Numbered from the stretch's first letter, positions 30,737 to 38,547 are shown. The stretch: 64,000 nucleotides of DNA from a candidate division FCPU426 bacterium (GCA_963830915.1 CAWHOE010000064.1:128001-192000), one strand, 5' to 3'. Translations and numbers: made by a program. The notes: generated by a model not told the origin, from the sequence alone.

Positions 30737-31417
30737 TTATTTTTTGCTGTCGGCGCGGGTCTTAAGCTTGGCTTTAGGTAATTTCACAAAGCAATTATTC
30801 TTTTTATCCCATCTAGCCATTACATCTACACATTTCAACTTTCCATTTATCAAACCAACTTCATTATTGGGGTCGTCACCGTGATGGTCATCCTGGCCTT
30901 GAAATTTTTGGTAAAAAACACGTTTCCATTTACCGTCAATGAAAGAATAAAAAAACCACTCATAGGACCAATTATATGACATAAGAACCATATCTTTGGC
31001 CATTGGAACTTTCGTGATTTTTTCAAACCAAAAACAATAAGGTCCATTTTGATAGATTCGGCCAAAATGAATATCGTCATCAGAGCCGATATCTATTTCC
31101 GAATCGTTTTTCAAAACATGCAAGACTTTTAGATTATTGGGATTCAAAATTAAGAGTTTGTCCTCGCCAAAAACTATGACTTCATCCTGACCCTTCCCTT
31201 CCAAGTCGAGATAATAGGGCCAAACAATATTTTCTTGTTGGTGGGTCACCTTAATAAATATTTCTTTGAAATCAGCTGTAACGGACTTATTGGGATTATC
31301 AATATCTTTTACGACATCAATATCAAATGGATTTGCCTCAGTGGAAGGCGTTGATGTTATTGCCCATAATTGCGAGCACAACAAAATAAAAACCATTGTG
31401 ATTAATTTGTGTTTCAT
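30737..31417 (-). CDS. Cassette 3: secreted hypothetical protein
   Basis: Signal peptide; DLEGKGQDEVIV resembles an FG-GAP/VCBS-like loop. Confidence 0.7.
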   Translation of the reverse strand: MKHKLITMVFILLCSQLWAITSTPSTEANPFDIDVVKDIDNPNKSVTADFKEIFIKVTHQQENIVWPYYLDLEGKGQDEVIVFGEDKLLILNPNNLKVLHVLKNDSEIDIGSDDDIHFGRIYQNGPYCFWFEKITKVPMAKDMVLMSYNWSYEWFFYSFIDGKWKRVFYQKFQGQDDHHGDDPNNEVGLINGKLKCVDVMARWDKKNNCFVKLPKAKLKTRADSKK

Positions 31418-31457
31418 TCAATCTTCATCCCTAAAAACGTACTTTTTAAACATTCCC

Positions 31458-31485
31458 TGTCCACGACGGGTCCCCGTCGTGGACA
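31458..31485 (+). repeat. Site S4 (consensus)
   Basis: TGTCCACGACG GGTCCC CGTCGTGGACA. Confidence 0.95.
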
Positions 31486-31549
31486 ACCCCTATCCCATAA
31501 TCCGCAAGGATTCATTAGAATTTATTGCTGAATTCCAAATCACGAAATA

Positions 31550-31840
31550 TTATTTTCCGGAAATATATCCAGATGACTTATCACTTAATTGTTTGAGTAA
31601 GTTCGCTCTTAAAGATCTAGAGGTCTTATCGGCTAATTCCCGCCCGAGCTTTGTAAGTAGAAAATCGGGCATAAAAACAAGAACGCCTGATTCAATCAAG
31701 TGTTTCCGTATTGGGCTTAATTCGTATTCCGGTTCTACCCAGTTCTTCATATAAAGACCGGGAATAACCCCATCTCTTTTGCTCTCGTCCCAAGCGGCTA
31801 ATAGTACTTTTTCCCCAGATGACAATTCATCGTATTCCAT
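31550..31840 (-). CDS. Cassette 4, gene 2: small hypothetical protein, possible winged helix
   Basis: 96 aa, GGGAG RBS; LIESGVLV...LLTKLGREL pattern. Confidence 0.55.
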   Translation of the reverse strand: MEYDELSSGEKVLLAAWDESKRDGVIPGLYMKNWVEPEYELSPIRKHLIESGVLVFMPDFLLTKLGRELADKTSRSLRANLLKQLSDKSSGYISGK

Positions 31841-31863
31841 CCGACACTCCCGAGGAGAATATA

Positions 31864-32709
31864 TTAAAAAGTATTAGAATTAAAATCTCCATTACCGCCG
31901 TCAGAACAGTGACACGAACCACACGAACTGTTACAACCGTTTCCCCCATTAACAGAATACGTTCCTGAAAATGTATTCGAAGTGTGAGAAGAAAGTAAAA
32001 TTATTCCTCCACCTCCACCGCCACCTGTCCCATAATTGGCACCTACCGCCGATAAACTTCCAGTCCCTGAAATAAAATCCGACATTACATAAATTGTGCC
32101 CCCGGCCCCACCTTGAGCACCACCATCCATTTGAACAGACCCATTTAAAGACACACTAGCATTCAATGATTGAATCATAATCAATGCCCCACCATTGCCT
32201 TGCCACGAAGCGCTCCCCATTAAGATTGGATTTAAAGGGTTATCATTAGCAGAACCACCAGCATCGCCCAAATCGTCCTGCCCTCCCGGGCCACCGTGTC
32301 CACCCCCACCACAACATTTAACAGGAAATCCTGATCCTGCTGTTGGGGATAAACCACTTCCGTAAATAGTTCCACCCGAATCCAAAGAAAAACCATTAAT
32401 TGCATTTATTGTTACTGAACCATCAATCCACAATGTTCCACCGGATAGGATATGGCAATTTCCATATGTGAATTGCCCCGTGGAGAAAGTTATAGCTCCA
32501 CTCACAATCAGATTTGATGGTGTACTTGTAGCCGTTTGAGTAAAAGTAACTGTTGGAGTATTAGTAAAAGTTGGTGTGCTTTTAGGTAGGGATGAAGGGG
32601 ACGAAGGTGACGTTGTGTTAGTCCCGCAAGCAATAGGGAAAATCCATAAAAACGATAAAAGTAGGATTGCAATAATAAATAGATAAAAGAATTGGCGCAT
32701 AATCACCAC
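31864..32709 (-). CDS. Cassette 4, gene 1: Gly-rich lipoprotein with Thr/Pro/Ser linker
   Basis: Lipobox IACG, PTFTNTPTVTFTQT linker, GGGGHGGPGG and GGGGGGGII motifs. Confidence 0.75.
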   Translation of the reverse strand: MVIMRQFFYLFIIAILLLSFLWIFPIACGTNTTSPSSPSSLPKSTPTFTNTPTVTFTQTATSTPSNLIVSGAITFSTGQFTYGNCHILSGGTLWIDGSVTINAINGFSLDSGGTIYGSGLSPTAGSGFPVKCCGGGGHGGPGGQDDLGDAGGSANDNPLNPILMGSASWQGNGGALIMIQSLNASVSLNGSVQMDGGAQGGAGGTIYVMSDFISGTGSLSAVGANYGTGGGGGGGIILLSSHTSNTFSGTYSVNGGNGCNSSCGSCHCSDGGNGDFNSNTF

Positions 32710-32803
32710 CTACGGAAGAAACTTTAAAAAGGTTTAAATAGCTTACCACCACCGCCGCGATGGTTGGGTCGTGTTTTTCCGAGGCATTTAAGCTGTTTAT
32801 CCT

Positions 32804-32831
32804 TGTCCACGATGGCTCCCCGTCGTGGATA
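32804..32831 (+). repeat. Site S5
   Basis: TGTCCACGATG GCTCCC CGTCGTGGATA. Confidence 0.92.
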
Positions 32832-32834
32832 TCC

Positions 32835-33035
32835 TTATTTTCTAACTTTACTTGCGTAATACAGCCCTCCGCCAATAATAAAAACGAAAAGCCAAATTCT
32901 CACAACAGGGCCAAATACGGAGACACCTAAAAACCAAGAAAGCAAACCCGCGCCGCCAAAAAGGATCCCAAATAAAAAGAGTTTTTCTTTTGTTGATGTT
33001 TTTGAAGTCTTGGATATTTTGGGCGGCTTTTTCAT
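32835..33035 (-). CDS. Cassette 5: small two-TM protein
   Basis: 66 aa filling the S5-S6 interval; stop 3 bp from S5. Confidence 0.7.
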   Translation of the reverse strand: MKKPPKISKTSKTSTKEKLFLFGILFGGAGLLSWFLGVSVFGPVVRIWLFVFIIGGGLYYASKVRK

Positions 33036-33057
33036 TCGATGTCTCTCGACAAAAGTT

Positions 33058-33085
33058 TGTTCGCGACGGGTCCCCGTCGTGGATA
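33058..33085 (+). repeat. Site S6
   Basis: TGTTCGCGACG GGTCCC CGTCGTGGATA. Confidence 0.92.
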
Positions 33086-33145
33086 AATCAGACCTTCAGT
33101 TCCGAAAAGAAGAACTATTGCATAATTTGCTGACAGGCCTTTGCT

Positions 33146-33628
33146 CTATGCGCAATCCTCAAAGAACGAATTTTTTGTCCGTCCCCAATCCGCCCGGTTG
33201 CTTGCACTCTCGGCCGATCCCAACGAATATTTTTCCTTTTTTTCACCCACGAGAACTAAAACATTAGAAAATTTAGGTTCGTTTTTTATCTCCTTTATAC
33301 TTAAACGGGAATATTTGAAAGTCTTTAAAAGTGTAACAACTTCAATTGAATCGGCGGTGATACGGATTTCAACAACAACTTTTAATAGATTTTTGATTTG
33401 AAAAACGAAAAAGGCTGCCATTATGATTCCACACCACATATTCATGCCTTGCAAAAATAGACCCGAAGATAACGGACTGTTTAAAACAGCGATAATAATT
33501 GAAAACACTAAAGCGATTATTGAAAGGCCAATAACAGAACGAAGTCGTTTAGGCGACGCGAACGAATATGAATTCTCTTTAACTGTATCTCGCATTTTTA
33601 ACACCTCCGATTTATTGTGTTTAATCAA
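33146..33628 (-). CDS. Cassette 6: two-TM protein with possible bacterial PH-like domain
   Basis: Two TM helices then EIRITADSIEVVTL...IKEI; start may be the internal ATG. Confidence 0.65.
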   Translation of the reverse strand: MIKHNKSEVLKMRDTVKENSYSFASPKRLRSVIGLSIIALVFSIIIAVLNSPLSSGLFLQGMNMWCGIIMAAFFVFQIKNLLKVVVEIRITADSIEVVTLLKTFKYSRLSIKEIKNEPKFSNVLVLVGEKKEKYSLGSAESASNRADWGRTKNSFFEDCA

Positions 33629-33676
33629 CAGTCGTTTTAAATACCTTAGTAGAGTTGCTATTCATGCTTTTCGCCT

Positions 33677-33704
33677 TGTTCACGATGGGTCCCCGTCGTG
33701 GACA
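33677..33704 (+). repeat. Site S7
   Basis: TGTTCACGATG GGTCCC CGTCGTGGACA. Confidence 0.92.
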
Positions 33705-33715
33705 CTGAAATTTGG

Positions 33716-34120
33716 TCAATTACAGCTTTTGACGAAAGTTCCTGTTTGTGCTTCGTTCCCGAAGAACAATGTCCAGCTCAAATCCAAGCTGGCCACGCAA
33801 ACATCCTTACCTCTTAAATTTATTCCCATTAATAATTTCCATGAAGGCAATGGTCCCTTTTCCACCTCATAAGCACTAGTACCGATGTGATCCAAGATCA
33901 AAAAGTAACCCGGAACATTGCCCAGGTTTTCATATTGTTCTTTTGCATCGTTGTCATGCAAAACAGGAAAACGGTCATGATTAAAATTGTCCAATAGACA
34001 AGAACCTGCTTCCTGTGACCCTTTTCCATAAACCTTGATCCAGCTTTTTAATAAGCCGTTTCTTTTCTCCGAACTAAGCGTAGATAGTTCGATATTTTCG
34101 TCCTTAAACAAAACAGACAT
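33716..34120 (-). CDS. Cassette 7: cytoplasmic hypothetical protein
   Basis: 134-aa ORF filling the S7-S8 interval. Confidence 0.7.
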   Translation of the reverse strand: MSVLFKDENIELSTLSSEKRNGLLKSWIKVYGKGSQEAGSCLLDNFNHDRFPVLHDNDAKEQYENLGNVPGYFLILDHIGTSAYEVEKGPLPSWKLLMGINLRGKDVCVASLDLSWTLFFGNEAQTGTFVKSCN

Positions 34121-34185
34121 TTATTTAGATTTTTTCTCTTTCTTCACAAACCCCTCTTTGCATCCTGAAATGGCTTTACTTTAGT

Positions 34186-34213
34186 TGTCCACGGCGGGTC
34201 CCCAGATTAGACA
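34186..34213 (+). repeat. Site S8 (right arm divergent)
   Basis: TGTCCACGGCG GGTCCC CAGATTAGACA. Confidence 0.85.
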
Positions 34214-34232
34214 ACTAATAATTCGCCCTGAG

Positions 34233-34260
34233 TTCATCGAAGGGGTCCCCATCGTGGACA
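34233..34260 (+). repeat. Site S9 (left arm replaced)
   Basis: TTCATCGAAGG GGTCCC CATCGTGGACA. Confidence 0.8.
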
Positions 34261-34266
34261 TCTATT

Positions 34267-35133
34267 TTATTCACCCCAAGTGACTTCAACATCCTCCATG
34301 CCGGTTGTAAGCCGAGTTGGAGTCGATAACCCAAAGGTGAATTCCCAAAGACTCCAGGCCAATTCCTCACCATCCTTCGTCGCGCACATAACAATAGATT
34401 TCCGATCCGGCGAAAGGGCAATGAAATCTCTGAGGGATAGACCAGGAATAACTACTTTATGAGTCGTTCCATCGTCTGCGTTTAGTTGCCAAAGATATGC
34501 GGAGTCTCCCTCTTTTGTCCTTCCCACAAAAAGCAAATCATTTTCATCAAGCCACACCGACTCCGCGATATAAACAAAACCCTTAGAAAAACACTTCTCA
34601 AAAGTGAATTTATTATCATTAACTCGTGCCAAAATGAGCTGGTTGAATTCTAAATTGAGTAAGGCGACGCGGCGACCCGAGGGACTAAAAGAAATCATTT
34701 GGTAATCCCCTGGCTTACCAGGTTGTCCCGTCACTGGTACGATTTGGAAATGGGTCCCATCCGAATTCCACCGCCCCAACTTCGGTCCAAGGTCATATTG
34801 AAGGGCGTAAATGTATTTTCCATCAGGGTTCCAAATTGGTCTCATAAAGCCAACGGAATGTTCTAGAGCCTTTATCTTTTGGCCTCGGTTGTTCAACAAC
34901 ACCAAACCATTCTCCTGCCCCTCGTCAACATAGGGTTTGGCCACTAGGATATTGCCGTGAGGTTTCCAAGCCGCTTCACAATAAAACAAATCTAAGCAGG
35001 AACCCTGTTTGTTTTTTGGGGAGACGCTACATAGTTGGCCACCAGAACTATAAACCACCGCCTGCAGTTCCCCAGCAAAAGCAAATCTCGCAAAAAAAGA
35101 AATTATAATTAGAGGCAATAATTTATTTTTCAA
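34267..35133 (-). CDS. Cassette 8: secreted TolB-like beta-propeller protein
   Basis: Signal peptide; AWKPHG, IWNPDGKYI, SFSPSGRRV and LSPDRKSIV blade motifs. Confidence 0.75.
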   Translation of the reverse strand: MKNKLLPLIIISFFARFAFAGELQAVVYSSGGQLCSVSPKNKQGSCLDLFYCEAAWKPHGNILVAKPYVDEGQENGLVLLNNRGQKIKALEHSVGFMRPIWNPDGKYIYALQYDLGPKLGRWNSDGTHFQIVPVTGQPGKPGDYQMISFSPSGRRVALLNLEFNQLILARVNDNKFTFEKCFSKGFVYIAESVWLDENDLLFVGRTKEGDSAYLWQLNADDGTTHKVVIPGLSLRDFIALSPDRKSIVMCATKDGEELAWSLWEFTFGLSTPTRLTTGMEDVEVTWGE

Positions 35134-35191
35134 AATAAGATCTCCGATATTTATTTGGCCAAAGACACCAGGGGTTCAAACCATTTTTTAA

Positions 35192-35219
35192 TGTTCACTC
35201 TGCCTCCCCGTCGCAGACA
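35192..35219 (+). repeat. Site S10 (degenerate)
   Basis: TGTTCACTCTG CCTCCC CGTCGCAGACA. Confidence 0.75.
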
Positions 35220-35224
35220 ATAAT

Positions 35225-35824
35225 TCATTCTGTTTTTTCCGCATGCGCTATACAAACCAGATACCAATTGGAATCGACTGCCTTTTCAAAAACAAGATAA
35301 AGGGATTTCCAGTCCATTCCTTCCCGTTTGGGATCAATCCCTGGAAAATGGTATTCAGCGATGATGCTTTCCGGGAAAAACGAGAAAAGGTTATTTCCCT
35401 CACTGCCTCGGGAGATGGTGCGATTAAAGTTGACCTCAGGGGCTTTTGAATAATCGTGGTCAAAAATATACCGGTTGTAAAATTCGTTGAAAGTTAAATC
35501 TTCGCTATTCCCTGATTCTCCCAACAGCACGTTAAGGAATCTTTTTTGGTTCGAGGATAGTTTGGTAATTTCACGGCGTCTCAATACCACGCCGTTTTTC
35601 CACAAAAAGGAATACTGCGAAAGCCTAAGCCCTTTATCTGGATGGACGAGCCTAGAAAGGTGATAGAAATCCTTGTTTTTGAGAACTTCGATAGTTTCAT
35701 CGGCTCTTTTCCGAATGATCGCTTCGGCATCCTCGGAAGTAATCTTGGAAGTAGAAGCCAGAATATTTCCAACATTACCTAATAGAAGAACAGCCAAAAC
35801 CGCAGAGATTAATAACCACTTCAT
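35225..35824 (-). CDS. Cassette 9: secreted hypothetical protein
   Basis: Signal peptide; LVHPDKGLRLS, EYHFPGIDP..GMDWKSLYLVF. Confidence 0.75.
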   Translation of the reverse strand: MKWLLISAVLAVLLLGNVGNILASTSKITSEDAEAIIRKRADETIEVLKNKDFYHLSRLVHPDKGLRLSQYSFLWKNGVVLRRREITKLSSNQKRFLNVLLGESGNSEDLTFNEFYNRYIFDHDYSKAPEVNFNRTISRGSEGNNLFSFFPESIIAEYHFPGIDPKREGMDWKSLYLVFEKAVDSNWYLVCIAHAEKTE

Positions 35825-35867
35825 ATTATTTCTTTCATTTTGCGCACTAAAAATTTCACTTTTTTAT

Positions 35868-35895
35868 TGTCCACGACGGGTCCCCGTCGTGGACA
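35868..35895 (+). repeat. Site S11 (consensus)
   Basis: TGTCCACGACG GGTCCC CGTCGTGGACA. Confidence 0.95.
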
Positions 35896-35918
35896 AGGTA
35901 TTTGGAGTATCACTTTAA

Positions 35919-36718
35919 CTAATCACAGATTCGAATGTCCTGTTTATCTTCATCCTGTCGCGGATCAAAATTTTTCCAAATCAAACGATAACTGTTACCA
36001 CTTGTCTTTTGCCATTCTTTCTTGGACGGCCAAAAAACATAATCAGTACCGACGACATCTTTCCCCAAAATTAAATCAGCTCTTAATTCCCCGATTTTTC
36101 CATACCAACCTCCACCAGTATGAACGATATATTCAAATGTGGTTCCTCCCTGGTTATCCCCATTTGCACACTCGTACCGTCTTTCAATCGTCGTCTTTCC
36201 GCCAGGGGGTAAAATCATTTTGATGACATACCAAGCAATGAGACTTCCCGTTTCTTCTGTATCAGGTGCCCAATTTTCATTATCCACATAGCTATATTCG
36301 AGTTTGGAAGATACTTTTATTCCATTTAATAAAGTTTCAAGATTTTTTATTGGTTCATTGGGCAATCCCAAATTGAAATAAAGGGGACTTTTAACTGGGT
36401 AAACATTTTTCCCTTAGCATGCTTCATCCCCAAAGCTACGTCCGGAAAGCCTGTTAATTGGGTTACCGCATGTTGGGTATCGGTATTTTGGAAAAAGAAA
36501 GTGGCATCTACCTTTGTCTCATCATGGCTGAAATTAAATGTCAAATATTCTTTTACCATACGAATACAACTTTTTTGATTAAGCGCCAAAGGATAAACCA
36601 TGGGTCCTAAAGATCCGTCGTTTTGATAAAGGGGTCCATCATCAGCCCAACAATTAGGCATCAAAGAGAACGGAGCGAGAACAAATAGGACAATCAACCA
36701 AATAGGTATTAATTTCAT
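35919..36718 (-). pseudogene. Cassette 10: DUF4424-like secreted protein split by a -1 frameshift
   Basis: IRMVKEYL...VDATFFFQN...GFP in the first frame; FEYIVHTGGGWYGKIG...WKNFDP in the second; frames overlap 36347-36413. Confidence 0.65.
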
Positions 36719-36749
36719 AATTCCATACCCTCTCCAAAGTAAAATATTT

Positions 36750-36777
36750 TGTCCACTCTGGGTCCCCGTCGTGGACA
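36750..36777 (+). repeat. Site S12 (first site in transcription direction)
   Basis: TGTCCACTCTG GGTCCC CGTCGTGGACA. Confidence 0.9.
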
Positions 36778-36867
36778 AACCAACTGTTCAAATATTCTAT
36801 CCCTCTCCCGTCACACCAGCGTCCAATTTCATGACACTAAATCGGTCTTAAATCTGGGCTTTCCCAA

Positions 36868-38070
36868 TTAAGGGTTTGCCGCCGGGGAAGTTTCCGTGAC
36901 TTTGACGATGCCGCCGTTCGCGGAGGGGCGGTCGTCGAAATCGATGATCAGGCCGACCGGTCTTTCAGAAATGAACTTTTTGGTTTTGCCCTTTTCGCTG
37001 ATGGTCGTCGCGACCCCTTCCACCAAATACTCACCCGAATCCTTATCCACCTTCAAGACTTTCGCCGGCTTGGAGGGCTGAAAGAAAAGGGTAAGTTTTT
37101 GAGACCTTATCTCCCTTAACTTTTCCTTGGGATAGAATTCCTTGAAAAAGGCATCGGTGTAATGGTCGTTCGTAAAGTCATCCAGGTATTTCAACTGGGT
37201 GGAGGGGGTGTCATAGGAAACCCCGTAGAAGTTCACGGCAAAAGCCATGGCGATACCGGCGTCATTGGCCACCCTTCCCTTCAGTTCTTCTGGGACGACA
37301 ACTTCTCCTTTTGATATTAGTGCGCTCACCGCTTGGTTCTGGGTACTAATATTAGAACCAAGATTCGACGAATTCTGTCGCCCTTGGACCGAAGGTCCAA
37401 TGGGTGACTGTACTGGTTCGGGCAAGCTGGCATCGGTTGTCTTGAGTAAGGTGTCCCGGTAATTCCACAAAACCAAAACCGCCGCCACCCCAACCATCAC
37501 CAGTCCTTTTTTGTACTTCGCCGCCCATACACGGACCCCTTCAACGGCCCCATCGAGCCTTTGGCCGACGGACTGCCCTTTAAGGCTGGCCACTTCTTTG
37601 ACCGGAGTTACTTCTTCCGTGTCCAATTCAGGTTCCGCTATGGGCGAGGTTATTTGCCGTTTGCTCTGTTGTTTAAGTGGATCAAACTCCGCGGCGGGAT
37701 GGCCCGCGATCACCCAATCAACCAGGTTCTCAATGTGCCTGGTTTTAAACCGGCGGGAAATGATCACGTCCAGGATGGGGTGGAATGAACCAGGGAGACC
37801 ATCGATCTTGCCGTTCAGACCAGCTAAGATCTTGGCGTTGTTGAAAGACAAAAGGTAAGGATTTTTACCCTCGGCGGCTTGCTGGATCTTGTCTTCCGCC
37901 GCTTGGTCCAGGATGTCCTTGAGGGCGTATAGATGGGATACCGTTGGTCGTTGAAGGTCCAAAGCCTTAGCCAATTCCCCATGGGTAGCTGAGGGCGTTT
38001 TTTTGACCTGGGCCCGTAGACCGGTCAATTTGTCCAACCATTCCAAATTCTTCTGATTAGATTCGCTCAT
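36868..38070 (-). CDS. ParB/Spo0J-type HTH + transmembrane helix + putative VirB8/NTF2-like domain protein
   Basis: THGELAKALDLQRPTVSHLYAL...LSFNNAKILAGL...KTRHIENLV resembles the ParB DNA-binding region; TM GLVMVGVAAVLVLW; GGAG RBS before ATG 38070; C-terminal fold is an inference. Confidence 0.65.
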   Translation of the reverse strand: MSESNQKNLEWLDKLTGLRAQVKKTPSATHGELAKALDLQRPTVSHLYALKDILDQAAEDKIQQAAEGKNPYLLSFNNAKILAGLNGKIDGLPGSFHPILDVIISRRFKTRHIENLVDWVIAGHPAAEFDPLKQQSKRQITSPIAEPELDTEEVTPVKEVASLKGQSVGQRLDGAVEGVRVWAAKYKKGLVMVGVAAVLVLWNYRDTLLKTTDASLPEPVQSPIGPSVQGRQNSSNLGSNISTQNQAVSALISKGEVVVPEELKGRVANDAGIAMAFAVNFYGVSYDTPSTQLKYLDDFTNDHYTDAFFKEFYPKEKLREIRSQKLTLFFQPSKPAKVLKVDKDSGEYLVEGVATTISEKGKTKKFISERPVGLIIDFDDRPSANGGIVKVTETSPAANP

Positions 38071-38157
38071 AGTGTTCTCCAATAGTTGATTCAAACCCGG
38101 GTAAATTAATATTGGCTCATTGTCGGGTATATGATTTTTGTCACCAGAAAACGGTAT

Positions 38158-38508
38158 TAGTAATCACTTTTTTAACCGGTTTTCAGGGTTTGGTAACTGG
38201 TTACCGGACTTGGTAATCGGTTTTGTAACCAGTTATCGGGGTTTGGTAACTGGTTACAGGGCTTGGTAACCGGTTTTGTAATCGGTTTTGGGGGGGTGGT
38301 AACTGGTTACCGGACTTGGTAATCGGTTTTGTAACCGGTTTTCAGGGTTTGGTAACTGGTTACAGGACTTGGTAACCGGTTTTGTAATCGGTTTTGGGGC
38401 TTTGGTAACTGGTTACAGGGCTTGGTAACCGGTTTTGTAACCGGTTATTGGGGGTTGGTAACTGGTTACAGACCTTGGTAATCACTTTTGTAACCAGTTA
38501 CCGGGGGT
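38158..38508. repeat. 53-bp tandem repeat array (6 full units plus a partial unit) of palindromic 12-mers
   Basis: Units start at 38191, 38244, 38297, 38350, 38403, 38456; approximate unit TGGTAACTGGTTACMGGRCTTGGTAAYCGGTTTTGTAAYCRGTTWTNRGGNTT. Confidence 0.95.
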
Positions 38509-38547
38509 TTGTCCCCGTTGCACCGATATGAGCAGGAGAGATACCTT

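Larger units (their letters stand above)
28789..36777 (-). mobile_element. Integron-like gene-cassette array delimited by 28-bp palindromic sites (12 sites, 10 gene-bearing cassettes)
   Basis: Sites at 28789(-28892, split), 30165, 30689, 31458, 32804, 33058, 33677, 34186, 34233, 35192, 35868, 36750; all intervening genes on the minus strand and AT-rich. Mobility is inferred. Confidence 0.75.

Noticed and set aside
31833..31861. Possible degenerate site between the two genes of cassette 4
   Set aside because: Only CTCCC matches, and it is better explained as the GGGAG ribosome-binding site of the 96-aa gene.
28789..36777. CRISPR array interpretation of the 28-bp palindromic repeats
   Set aside because: Intervals range from 19 bp to about 1.3 kb and contain whole genes; no cas genes in the window.
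28789..36777. Classical integron or CALIN with attC sites
   Set aside because: Sites are only 28 bp, lack RYYYAAC/GTTRRRY ends and extrahelical bases, and no intI is present. Kept only as an analogy.
28789..36777. Sites as simple rho-independent terminators
   Set aside because: No consistent U-tract on the coding strand, sequence is conserved between unrelated genes, and several copies cannot form a full hairpin yet keep the core.
38158..38508. CRISPR or coding repeat
   Set aside because: No unique spacers, the 53-bp period is not a codon multiple, and no ORF spans it.
38499..38526. TCCCCGT after the 53-bp array as a 13th site
   Set aside because: Arms do not match the consensus; a short match is expected by chance.
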